Shown in pieces: positions 51,275 to 60,790 of a stretch of 64,000 nt of DNA. Both the position numbers and the translations under genes were made by a program. Position 1 is the stretch's first letter; each line of letters starts with the position of its first letter. Origin of the DNA: an uncultured Verrucomicrobiae bacterium (GTDB lineage: Bacteria; Verrucomicrobiota; Verrucomicrobiia; Chthoniobacterales; UBA10450); the NCBI GenBank assembly GCA_963756875.1, contig CAVWPA010000003.1, forward strand, positions 1,408,001-1,472,000, read 5' to 3'. Under the pieces are notes generated by a model, which saw nothing but the letters and a program-made list of their open reading frames with translations, was not told the DNA's origin and made no database searches.

Positions 51275-52452
51275 ATAGGCAAATCATTGACGATCTCCTG
51301 TCGGCCATGATCGCAAGCCAGGACGGCATTTCCGATTTGCTCTTTACCGTTGGCCGGCCGCCGCTGGTCGAGGCCTACGGGGTGCTGGAAGAGTTTCCGG
51401 TCCAAACGGCGGATTCTGCTGCCTTTGGACCACAGGAAATTAGTGAACTCGTCGATCATCTTATCAATGGCGACGAGCGGCTCAGGCGGGATCTGGCCGA
51501 TTGGGGTTCATGCGACTGCGGTTACACGCTTAGGGATGTCGCCCGCTTTCGCGTCAATATTTTTAGACAAAATGGCAAGCAGGCCATCGTGATGCGCAGG
51601 CTCCAATCCGAGATCCCGACGCTCGAAAAGCTCGGGTTGCCACCGGTCTTTAACGAGATGATCAAGGAGAAAAACGGAATCATTTTCGTCACCGGTGCTA
51701 CCGGCAGCGGCAAGACAACGACCCTGGCCGCCGTGCTCAACGAACTCAATCAAACCCAGCCGATCCATATCATTACGCTGGAAGATCCGATCGAGTTTTT
51801 GCACCCGCAGCTGCGGGCGGTTTTTCATCAACGCGAACTCGGCAAGGATTTTCCTGATTTTGCCCGCGGCCTGCGGGCCGCGCTGCGCGAGGCGCCGAAA
51901 GTGATTCTAGTCGGTGAAATTCGTGATCGTGAGACCATGGAAATCGCGATGACCGCTTCCGAAACCGGCCACATCGTTTATGCTACCCTGCACACGATCA
52001 GCGCGGGCCAGACCATCAATCGGATTCTTGGATTGTTCAGCAAGGATGAAGAGCCGCTATTGCGTCAGCGGCTTGCGGATACCGTTCGTTACATAGTAAG
52101 TCAGCGCCTCGTTAGCAAGATTGGCGGGGGACGCCTGCTTCTCACCGAGATCATGGGCAGCAGTCTGCGCACGCGCGAAACCATTATTTACGGCGAGCGT
52201 GAGAACCGCACGTTCCAGGAAATCATCGAGGCAGGCACGACTTTGGGCTGGCATACCTTCGATCAATCGTTGCTCAAAGCCTACGAAGACTATCTTATTG
52301 AAGAAGGCGTGGCGCTCACCTTCTGCACACATAAACATAAGATGCAGAAAGACATCGACCTGATTAGGAAACTCAGAGACGGAATCCTGGACATGCCATC
52401 CGGACTTCAGATGGAAAGCGAACTGGGTATGCCCGCCACCTCAATCTCGTAG
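51271..52452 (+). CDS. PilT/PilU-family type IV pilus retraction ATPase
   Basis: RFRVNIF, GATGSGKTT, TLEDPIEF, ILVGEIRD and ETGHIVYATLHT motifs. Confidence 0.92.
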   Translation: MNRQIIDDLLSAMIASQDGISDLLFTVGRPPLVEAYGVLEEFPVQTADSAAFGPQEISELVDHLINGDERLRRDLADWGSCDCGYTLRDVARFRVNIFRQNGKQAIVMRRLQSEIPTLEKLGLPPVFNEMIKEKNGIIFVTGATGSGKTTTLAAVLNELNQTQPIHIITLEDPIEFLHPQLRAVFHQRELGKDFPDFARGLRAALREAPKVILVGEIRDRETMEIAMTASETGHIVYATLHTISAGQTINRILGLFSKDEEPLLRQRLADTVRYIVSQRLVSKIGGGRLLLTEIMGSSLRTRETIIYGERENRTFQEIIEAGTTLGWHTFDQSLLKAYEDYLIEEGVALTFCTHKHKMQKDIDLIRKLRDGILDMPSGLQMESELGMPATSIS

Positions 52453-52463
52453 GCACTAAGAAA

Positions 52464-53136
52464 ATGGACATGGAATTAAGAACCGACATCGGTGAAAACG
52501 ACGCAGCATCCGGCCGACTTGGGGGGGAGCTGCGCTGTAACGATCTACTGGCGCAGCTGAAGCAGGAGCTGCGCACACCGCTCAACACTATCATTGGCTT
52601 TGCGGAGCTTCTCGAAGTGCAATGCGACAAAGCCAGTATGACCGACAACGTCAACCAGATCCTAAGAGCCGCACACCGCTCGCTAGACATTATCAACCGG
52701 GAACTCACCCAGCCCAGCCGCGACGCATCGAACGGCACCGCGAACACGCGGTGCGACGTGCTTCACATCGAGGACGATTCGATAAGCTTTGCGTCGGTCA
52801 AACTGCTTCTTCGCAACACGCGCAAACTCAAAGTATTGCAAGCAACCAGCGGCAAGAGCGGCATTAGCCTGGCGCAAACACACACTCCCAAATTGATTCT
52901 GCTCGATCTTAACCTGCCGGACATACATGGATCGGAAGTGATCAAGCAGTTGCAAAAGGAACCGGCGACCGCTCGCATCCCCGTCATTGTGCTCAGCGGG
53001 GATACAACGCCGAGCCAGATCGAACGCATGCTCGTTCTAGGCGCGACGAAATTACGTGACAAAACCTTTCAAGGTTCCCGCGTTCCTCGCTGTAGTGGAC
53101 GAAGTCTTGGAAGAAGAAACCGCCCGCTCGACTTAA
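52464..53136 (+). CDS. HisKA-like (His replaced by Gln) plus receiver protein without ATPase domain; +1 frameshift at ~53050
   Basis: QELRTPLNTIIGFAELL and LLDLNLPD. Removing one A at 53049-53051 restores GATNYVTKPF and a TAA at 53134-53136. Confidence 0.7.
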
Positions 53137-53166
53137 CAAGTCTGCGTGCGCTTATCAACGAGGTGA

Positions 53167-53952
53167 TCAAGCTAAGGCCTGTCGAATCGCGCCAAAAAGC
53201 TCCTCCGCCTCGTATGGCTTCTCGAAATATCCTGCCGCTCCCAATTGTTTTGCCTTTTTGCGGAACTCGGGCTTCTTGCTGGCGGTAAGAAAAATAATCG
53301 GAGTAGGCGTGGGAATGAGGGTCTGAATTTGTTCGGCAACGGAAAAGCCATTGCCGGCGGGCATGGAGATATCCAACAGCACGAGAGCCGGAGGATTGCT
53401 GATGGCGGCGTTCAATCCTGTCAACGCGTCATAAGCCGTGGTAGCCCCATAACCGGCGGCTTTAAGCCGGAGAGCCAGGGTCATCGCGATCTTCTCGTCG
53501 TCTTCGATGATGAGAACCTGCTTGGGCCCCTCATGACCTTCTTTTAGACCCGCGGATGCAGCGGACTTCCGTGCAGCCGATGAGTCCGTGCGATTTAATT
53601 CACGCTCAATGCTGTAGAGCAGTTTTTCGGTGTCGAAAGGTTTCTCGAACAGGCCGATGGCCCCCATGTCCATTACTTTTTGCAGGAGTTCCGGGCTCTT
53701 GGACGCGGTGATGATAATAATCGGCGTTCCTTTGGTTTCGGGCATGTGGTGGAAGGTTTCTGCCAGGTCGAAGCCATTGCCGCCCGGCATGGAAATGTCC
53801 AGGAGGATCAAGTCGGGTTTGACTGTGCGGCCCAGGCTAGCTCCCGTGATCGCATCAGACGCGACCAATGCCGCGTAACGATTTGCTCTGAGTCGAACTT
53901 GCAGAGCCAAGGCGATTTTCTGATCGTCTTCGACAATTAGTATTGTTTTCAT
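53167..53952 (-). CDS. Tandem double-receiver protein
   Basis: Two similar REC domains (EDDQKIA / EDDEKIA, LLDISMP, EKPF/EKPY). Confidence 0.92.
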   Translation of the reverse strand: MKTILIVEDDQKIALALQVRLRANRYAALVASDAITGASLGRTVKPDLILLDISMPGGNGFDLAETFHHMPETKGTPIIIITASKSPELLQKVMDMGAIGLFEKPFDTEKLLYSIERELNRTDSSAARKSAASAGLKEGHEGPKQVLIIEDDEKIAMTLALRLKAAGYGATTAYDALTGLNAAISNPPALVLLDISMPAGNGFSVAEQIQTLIPTPTPIIFLTASKKPEFRKKAKQLGAAGYFEKPYEAEELFGAIRQALA

Positions 53953-53955
53953 TTA

Positions 53956-55236
53956 TTAATTCCTTGGCTGAGCGATGCGGATTTGAGTGGGACGACCGGA
54001 GCCGTTGAATGCCGGCTGCTTGGGGATGGTGAATGAAAAAGTGCTGCCAACCCCGAGCGTGCTTTCCACCCAAATGCTTCCCCCGTGTAACAACACCATC
54101 TCGCGGCAAAGATACAACCCCAAGCCGACGCCTTTTTCCGGCGTGGCGTCGCCTTTTTTGATCTGATAAAAACGATGGAAGAGACTGTCGATCTGGTCCT
54201 TTGGAATGCCGCAACCGGTATCTGTGACGGAAATTTGAACGCATTCGGAGCTTTTCGGATCCTCGCCAAGTTTTACGATGACCTTCCCGCCTTCGAACGT
54301 AAATTTTAAGGCATTGTTCACAAGGTTGGTGAGGATTTGCATGATTCGGCTCTCGTCCACCATCACGTCCTTCACCTGAGTGTCGAGCTCCTCACTCAAG
54401 CGGATCTTCTTCCCGGCCGCGACCGGCTCCATGATTGTAATTGCCCGGTGGATGATGGCAGCCAGAGACACAGCCTTTAATTCGATATGCAACTTGCCGG
54501 TGTCCAACCGCGTGGCGTCCAGCAGATCATTTATGTAAACCGCCAATTCGGTGCAGCTTTGCTTGGCGATCCGCAGATAATTCAGTTGGGTCGAGTTCAG
54601 TTCTCCGGCCAGGCCGTCGATTACAATCGAAACGAACTCGCGCGCTGAAGTCAGCGGAGTTTTCAACTCATGCGAAAGAGTGTGATAAAAGTATTGAATC
54701 TCGTCATTTCTCTTCGTGAGGTCGTGGTTGGTCTGTTCCAATTGAGCCTGCATGTCGCGGATCGCCTCTTCCGTGCGCTTGCGCTCGGTGATGTCGCGGA
54801 TGTTGCATTGAATCACTTTCTTGTCACCGGCTTGATACACGTTGCTGACAAATTCCACCGCAATGTGGCGGCCGTCCCTCGTTTCCAGTGGCAGGTCTTC
54901 ATAGCGGACATACCCGTCCTTTTGCAATCGCTCGAGCATCACCTTGTTCGACTCGATGTCCTTGAACGGACTAAGCTCGCCGACGGTTTTGCCGACCATT
55001 TCATCGCGAGAAAAACCCAATAGTTTAACCAGGAAAGGGTTCACATCGTTGATGCCTCCCGTCTCCACGTCCAGAATCAGGATGCCGTCCTGCGCGGCTT
55101 CGAATAACCGCCGATAACTGATTTCGGAGGCGCGTAGCGTCTGTTCAGGCTGTTTGTGCTCGGTGATGTCGGCGCGGATCGCCACGTCTTGACGCGGTTT
55201 ACACTGCTCGTTGAGAAACGTTCCGCTACGATTCAT
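53956..55236 (-). CDS. PAS histidine kinase
   Basis: Partial PAC, PAS, then LSHELKTPL, NLVNNALKFT and GVGLGL. Confidence 0.92.
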   Translation of the reverse strand: MNRSGTFLNEQCKPRQDVAIRADITEHKQPEQTLRASEISYRRLFEAAQDGILILDVETGGINDVNPFLVKLLGFSRDEMVGKTVGELSPFKDIESNKVMLERLQKDGYVRYEDLPLETRDGRHIAVEFVSNVYQAGDKKVIQCNIRDITERKRTEEAIRDMQAQLEQTNHDLTKRNDEIQYFYHTLSHELKTPLTSAREFVSIVIDGLAGELNSTQLNYLRIAKQSCTELAVYINDLLDATRLDTGKLHIELKAVSLAAIIHRAITIMEPVAAGKKIRLSEELDTQVKDVMVDESRIMQILTNLVNNALKFTFEGGKVIVKLGEDPKSSECVQISVTDTGCGIPKDQIDSLFHRFYQIKKGDATPEKGVGLGLYLCREMVLLHGGSIWVESTLGVGSTFSFTIPKQPAFNGSGRPTQIRIAQPRN

Positions 55237-55823
55237 TGTCCGATTCCCCCACGGCTCCCGCCAACAAGGTGAGAAAACAATTTTTGGGGCGCAGCAAACG
55301 ACGCTAATGCAGAGCTAAAGAACACGGTGACACCGAACAGAGAAAGACCGCTTGCCTTCCAAATCTTCTCTTTCCCTGAACCATTTCGCATGCTTCAGAT
55401 GTAGCAGCGCGGATGCAACGCATGGGTGCGGCTGAGTACGGAATTTCGCCGGGGAATATTAGTGAAGCCGATGCTTTTCTGCCGCGTGGGGGCCGTGAGT
55501 CGGACACTCGCTGAGAACCAAAGCGATTCACCACAATATCTTCCAGCTGCGGACTCTCGTAACCATTAGAATCTTGCCGAGACCGTCAAGATCAAAGGCT
55601 GTTAGAGGTAAATCGATCAAACAGCACCTTGTCGCTGTGAGAGCGGCTGGCCTTCTCGTGGCGAGGAGCCGCGAAATCTTGGAGAAAACCGTCCGCTCGA
55701 ACTGGAAAGTCTTCGGTCGGTCGCGCAATTCGCGACACAAATCATAGCGGTTTAGGGTTGCTTGCCGGCCGTTTGCTACGGCCCAAAACAGATCACGTTA
55801 ACCGAGGGAGCCGGCCCCGCTCT

Positions 55824-55882
55824 GTATTCTCCGCAAGGGAAAATGCGCATTCTCCGGCGCGATCCGCGCATTGGCGCTGCTC
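55824..55882 (+). repeat. 59-bp duplicated promoter element, copy 1
   Basis: 50/59 identical, ungapped, to 63716-63774; 24-nt identical core GGGAAAATGCGCATTCTCCGGCGC. Confidence 0.85.
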
Positions 55883-55929
55883 ACGAAGAACGGCGTGATG
55901 GAGAATGAATTCAGGGAAAGACGTGTGCA

Positions 55930-56571
55930 GTGAAGATTAAACTTGGTCCTTTTTGGCAATCATCCTCAAAGCTGAACGGTCTGGCGCCGATCCAAAAACC
56001 GTTCGCCCGAGGCTACATGATCCCGATGCCTGAGCATTGGACGAAGTCGCTCGCGAATCCAAGTGCAGGAATCACAGCGCCGGCGCTCACCCCCTTGTGC
56101 CCCAGCTCGGGTGGCATACCGATCCTCATCGCGGAAGACGATCCAAATTCTCGCCTCATCTTGAAAGCTACGCTGGAGAAAGCCGGCTATGATCCGCTTA
56201 TCGCCGGCGATGGACTAGAAGCCATGGCCGCCTTGCGCGGACCGAATGCGCCAAACATCGCGGTCTTGGATTGGAAGATGCCAGGAATGGACGGCTTGGA
56301 AGTCTGCCGTCGCGTGCGCGACCTGAACAAAGTGGTCTATGTTATTTTTCTCACCGCTCTCGCGACCACGGAGAACCTGGTCGAAGCGCTCGAGGCCGGG
56401 GCTGATGATTATCTTACCAAACCATTTAAGAGCGCCGAGTTGATCGCGCGCATTCACGTCGGTCTTCGCGTCGTTAATTTGCAAAAGGCATTGGACTATC
56501 ACGTCAAAGAACTCGAGAAAGCTTTGCTGGAAATAAAGGAATTACGCCGCGAGGACGCCAATTTGCTGTAA
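55930..56571 (+). CDS. Response regulator (REC plus coiled coil); start may lie downstream
   Basis: ILIAEDD, VLDWKMPGMDG and GADDYLTKPF motifs. Confidence 0.88.
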   Translation: MKIKLGPFWQSSSKLNGLAPIQKPFARGYMIPMPEHWTKSLANPSAGITAPALTPLCPSSGGIPILIAEDDPNSRLILKATLEKAGYDPLIAGDGLEAMAALRGPNAPNIAVLDWKMPGMDGLEVCRRVRDLNKVVYVIFLTALATTENLVEALEAGADDYLTKPFKSAELIARIHVGLRVVNLQKALDYHVKELEKALLEIKELRREDANLL

Positions 56572-56646
56572 CTGTCCTGCCAACCGCCCAATCGGAATGT
56601 CAACCCAGCGCGGGCGCCGCAATCATCTCGAGGGCACGTCGACTTT

Positions 56647-57258
56647 ATGAAAATTCTGATCGCCGAGGATGACGCTGTTGCCTCAAGTGTCCTCGAACTG
56701 GCTCTTGAACGGATGGGTTACGAACTCGTGGTCACACGTAGCGGAACCGAAGCGTGGGAAACCTTTGATCGTGACCCGGTGCGGGTGGTGGTGAGTGATT
56801 GGATGATGCCCGGGATCGACGGCCTGGAATTTTGTCGCAAGGTACGAGCGCGTCCCCAGACGCCTTACACGTACTTCATTCTCCTGACCGTGCTGACGAC
56901 GACACCGGAGAACTACAATCTGGCTACCAAAGCGGGCGTTGACGATTTTCTGACCAAGCCCGTGGACCGTTCCGCCATTCAATTGCGGCTCCGCGTTGCT
57001 GATCGAATTCTCTGGTTTACCAAAGAGGTTCGCCAGCTCAAGCGATTGATCCCCATTTGTTCCCGCTGCCGCAAAATAAACACCGGCGAACAGTTCTGGC
57101 AACAGTTCGAGACTTACATCGAGCAGCAAACCGGATCGGAATTCAGCCATGGTCTCTGCCCGCAGTGCATGGAAGTCGAAATGGCGAACCTAAACGCGGA
57201 GTCTGCCTTGTCGAAGACTCAGGGAGACTCGACCGCCAAAGCGGTGCGGCATCCGTAA
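56647..57258 (+). CDS. Response regulator with C-terminal Cys/His putative Zn-binding domain
   Basis: REC followed by IPICSRCRKI..W..FETYI..FSHGLCPQC. Confidence 0.9.
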   Translation: MKILIAEDDAVASSVLELALERMGYELVVTRSGTEAWETFDRDPVRVVVSDWMMPGIDGLEFCRKVRARPQTPYTYFILLTVLTTTPENYNLATKAGVDDFLTKPVDRSAIQLRLRVADRILWFTKEVRQLKRLIPICSRCRKINTGEQFWQQFETYIEQQTGSEFSHGLCPQCMEVEMANLNAESALSKTQGDSTAKAVRHP

Positions 57259-57407
57259 TTGTCGCATGCCCAATTGCGGGTTTCCCGCTGGTCTCAAAGG
57301 CATGCGGGTGGCTCTTCGTACATGCCGCGATCGCATTCTCCACGGCACCCGGACCGCGCCGATGCGTTTCACGGCGAATTGCGGTCGTGCAGGAATGAAA
57401 AAGTCCC

Positions 57408-60400
57408 ATGCAGAGTGAGGCCACAGAGAATTTTCCAGATCGGCCCGGGCTGAAGCCGACGAGCATCCGCCAGTTACCGGCGCAACTGACAGAGTTACGG
57501 TTGCCCGTAAATCAGACTGAAATGGAGCGATTGTCACCCCAACAAAACATGGCTAGTGATGATGCGATAACGGCCATCCGCTTTCCGATCAGGCTTCTCG
57601 CCGTCGCTTGTCTCCTGACGATCATGGCTTTCGCCTGGTTTGGCTGGGCTATTTTCGATGCGCGGCTCGATGTGAAAATACTCACCAACCGGCTTTCGCG
57701 AATCGAAAAACTCCAAGGCGTCATCGTCCATCTTGACGAGGTGTTGACCATGTCCGCGCGCATGGCAGCGGCCACGGGAGATTCGCGGTGGGAAGAGCGG
57801 TATCGTCATTTCGAGCCTCAATTGGATACCGCAATCAAAGAAGTAACAAAAATTGAAACTAACCCCTCCGACGTCAACGCCGCGACCAGAACAGATGAGG
57901 CGAACAGCAAGTTGGTGGAAATGGAAGATCGCGCCTTTGCTTTGGTTCGCGCCGGCCGCAAGGAGGAGGCACAGACTGTTTTGTTAAGTCCCGAATACCA
58001 GGCGCAGAAGAAAATCTACGCGGAAGGAATAAAGTCGTTCACCAACCAAATCAGGCAGGAGTTTGATGGAAGTTTGCGAAACGACCAGCGCATTGATTTA
58101 CTTTCAATACTCGGTGCTGTGGCGGTCGGTGGGACATCGTTGGTGGCCTGGTTATCGGCGGCGCGCGGCATGCGACGATGGCGCGCCCAATTATTGGATA
58201 GCTTCCACCGACGCGCAGAGGCGGAGGATAATCTGCGCAAGGCTCATGCGAAACTGGAGGTGCGAGTCAAGGAGCGCACGGCCGAGCTGTCGAACGCGAA
58301 TGAAGCGTTGCAGGCGGAAAATTCCGAGCGAAAGCGAGCGGAAGAAACCTTGCGCGCCAGTGATGAGAAATTCCGTCAGCTGGCGGAAAACATCACTGAC
58401 GTGTTCTGGATGACGTCGCCCGACATGCAACGGACTTACTATGTCAGTCCTGCCTACCAAGACATTTGGGGTCGTTCGGTGGAGCGCTTGTATGCACATC
58501 CGCGGGAGTGGGCCGAAGCGATCCTGCCCGAAGACCGTGAACACGCATTGACCACGCTCGGCGAGCTCGCGGACAAACCCAGTGTCAGCGTAGAGTTTCG
58601 GATCGCTCGTCCGAACGGCGATGTGCGCTGGATCCTAAGCCGAGGCTTTCAAGTTCGAGACGTGGAGGGCAAGGTGATTCGCATCACAGGCGTCTCCACC
58701 GACATCACGAAGCTTAAGCGCGTCACGGGGGAGTTGCATAAGGCCAAGGAAATAGCGGAGTCCGCGACGCATGCCAAAAGCGAGTTCCTCGCGAGCATGA
58801 GCCATGAAATCCGCACTCCTATGAACGGCGTCATTGGCATGACGAATCTGTTGCTCGACTCAGAACTATCCGACGACCAACGCTATTATGCCGAAGCGAT
58901 CTCCGGGAGTGGTGAAGCGTTGCTGTCGATCATCAATGATATTCTCGATTTTTCCAAGATTGAAGCGGACAAACTTTCTTTTGAGACACTCAATTTTGAT
59001 TTATATGAAGCGGTTGAGGGTTGCCTGGAACTGGTCGCTCAGCGCGCGCAGAGCAAGGGGCTGGAAATTGCGAGTCTGGTCGAGTCCAACGTGCCGGCGC
59101 AACTCCGGGGTGACCCCGGCCGTTTGCGTCAGGTGCTCACCAATTTGGTTGATAATGCCATCAAGTTCACCGAGCGCGGCGAAGTCGTGGTAAAGGTCTC
59201 GCTGGAAGGCCAGACCGATGCGGATGTCCTGCTGCGTTTTGAGGTCAAAGACACCGGGATTGGAATCTCGTCCGAGGCGCAAAAGCGGCTCTTTCAGCCG
59301 TTCAGTCAGGCGGATGGCTCCACCACCCGGAAGTACGGCGGTACCGGTTTGGGCCTCGCCATCTCCAAGCAACTGGTCGAGCTCATGCAGGGCCAGGTCG
59401 GAGTCAAAAGCGCTCCAGGCGAAGGCTCGGTCTTTTGGTTTACGGCCAGGCTAGCCCGGCAGCCCGAAGGCGTGCAGAGCCCCTCTATTATTAGAGGTGA
59501 CCTGTTCAATTTGCATGTGCTCATCGTGGACGATAACGAGACGAATCGGCAAATTCTGGAGCATCAAACACGTGCGTGGAAGATGCGCAGCCATGCGGTA
59601 GTGAGTGCGGCCGAGGCACTCGATGAGTTACAGAGAGCCCATGCAGCGGGCGATCCGTACCAGCTTGCTCTGCTCGATTTTCACATGCCAGGAACGGATG
59701 GATTGGCATTAGCGAAAGGCATCAGAGCGGAAGGCAGGCTGGCCAATATTCAACTCGTGCTTCTCTCGTCGATGGGAGGCCGGCTCAACGCGGAGGAACT
59801 GAAGGCCGCGGGCATTGACGATTGTCTGGCGAAGCCGATCAAACAATCCCTTCTCTTTGATTGTCTGGCCACGCTGATCGGCGACGCGACCGCCGGACCG
59901 GCCACTAAGGCAAGAAAAGTTTCGCCCGTCCCGCCTTTGCCCGTTCCCGTGAACCAAGAATTTCGCATCCTTCTGGCTGAGGACAACATCGTGAACCAGG
60001 AAGTTGGCCAGGGATTGCTGCGCAAGCTTGGTTATCGTGCCGACGCCGTGGCGAACGGCAGTGAAGTATTGGAAGCGTTGCACCGCATTCGTTACGACGT
60101 CGTTTTGATGGACTGCCAGATGCCTGAGCTCGACGGCTATGAAGCGACGCGCCGCATCCGGCAATTCGAACAGAAGCGCACGACGCCATTTGATTGGAAA
60201 GCGCCCGTCCACATCATCGCGATGACCGCGAACGCCATGCAAGGCGACCGGGAAAAATGTCTGGCGGCCGGGATGAACGATTACCTGGGCAAACCGGTGC
60301 GCCGGAACGAGCTGAAAGCGGCGCTGGAGCGATGGAGCACAACTACGTCCACTCGACCCTCCACCACGCCATCAGCCCCGACTCAACCCCAAAGACCTCC

Positions 60401-60779
60401 GCGTTCGCCTCGCGAATCACGGGTCGTTGTCCCATATCTCGACACCGATCACTTGCGCGATGCCACGGACAATGAGCCAGCCAGGATGAGACGGCTGATC
60501 AATCTTTATTTGACCCAAGCCGCTCCGATGCTGGATGAACTGGGAGCAGCCATTCAGAGCAACTCAGGTCAAGAGATCACGCGTCTCGCCCACAAGTTGG
60601 TTGGCTCGAGCATTTCCTGCGGAGTGGGGGCGCTCACGCACCCTCTGCGCGAGTTGGAGCAACTTGGCCGAGGCGGCGATCTCTCCCGGGCAAACGCGTT
60701 ATTCGACGATATCCGTCACAAATTTCCGGGAGTCCAGAGTGCCTTCGATCAATTTCTCCAAACCATCCCGAGCTACTGA
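57408..60779 (+). CDS. Membrane hybrid kinase TM-periplasmic-TM-PAS-HisKA-HATPase-REC-REC-Hpt (start may be 57521 or 57549)
   Basis: [27 protein letters not shown], two RECs and Hpt LAHKLVGSS. Confidence 0.94.
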   Translation: MQSEATENFPDRPGLKPTSIRQLPAQLTELRLPVNQTEMERLSPQQNMASDDAITAIRFPIRLLAVACLLTIMAFAWFGWAIFDARLDVKILTNRLSRIEKLQGVIVHLDEVLTMSARMAAATGDSRWEERYRHFEPQLDTAIKEVTKIETNPSDVNAATRTDEANSKLVEMEDRAFALVRAGRKEEAQTVLLSPEYQAQKKIYAEGIKSFTNQIRQEFDGSLRNDQRIDLLSILGAVAVGGTSLVAWLSAARGMRRWRAQLLDSFHRRAEAEDNLRKAHAKLEVRVKERTAELSNANEALQAENSERKRAEETLRASDEKFRQLAENITDVFWMTSPDMQRTYYVSPAYQDIWGRSVERLYAHPREWAEAILPEDREHALTTLGELADKPSVSVEFRIARPNGDVRWILSRGFQVRDVEGKVIRITGVSTDITKLKRVTGELHKAKEIAESATHAKSEFLASMSHEIRTPMNGVIGMTNLLLDSELSDDQRYYAEAISGSGEALLSIINDILDFSKIEADKLSFETLNFDLYEAVEGCLELVAQRAQSKGLEIASLVESNVPAQLRGDPGRLRQVLTNLVDNAIKFTERGEVVVKVSLEGQTDADVLLRFEVKDTGIGISSEAQKRLFQPFSQADGSTTRKYGGTGLGLAISKQLVELMQGQVGVKSAPGEGSVFWFTARLARQPEGVQSPSIIRGDLFNLHVLIVDDNETNRQILEHQTRAWKMRSHAVVSAAEALDELQRAHAAGDPYQLALLDFHMPGTDGLALAKGIRAEGRLANIQLVLLSSMGGRLNAEELKAAGIDDCLAKPIKQSLLFDCLATLIGDATAGPATKARKVSPVPPLPVPVNQEFRILLAEDNIVNQEVGQGLLRKLGYRADAVANGSEVLEALHRIRYDVVLMDCQMPELDGYEATRRIRQFEQKRTTPFDWKAPVHIIAMTANAMQGDREKCLAAGMNDYLGKPVRRNELKAALERWSTTTSTRPSTTPSAPTQPQRPPRSPRESRVVVPYLDTDHLRDATDNEPARMRRLINLYLTQAAPMLDELGAAIQSNSGQEITRLAHKLVGSSISCGVGALTHPLRELEQLGRGGDLSRANALFDDIRHKFPGVQSAFDQFLQTIPSY

Positions 60780-60790
60780 TCCATAATCTA

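Noticed and set aside
55528..55740. Minus-strand 70-aa ORF as a receiver-domain relic
   Set aside because: Similarity (LIDLP..DLDG) is too weak to support.
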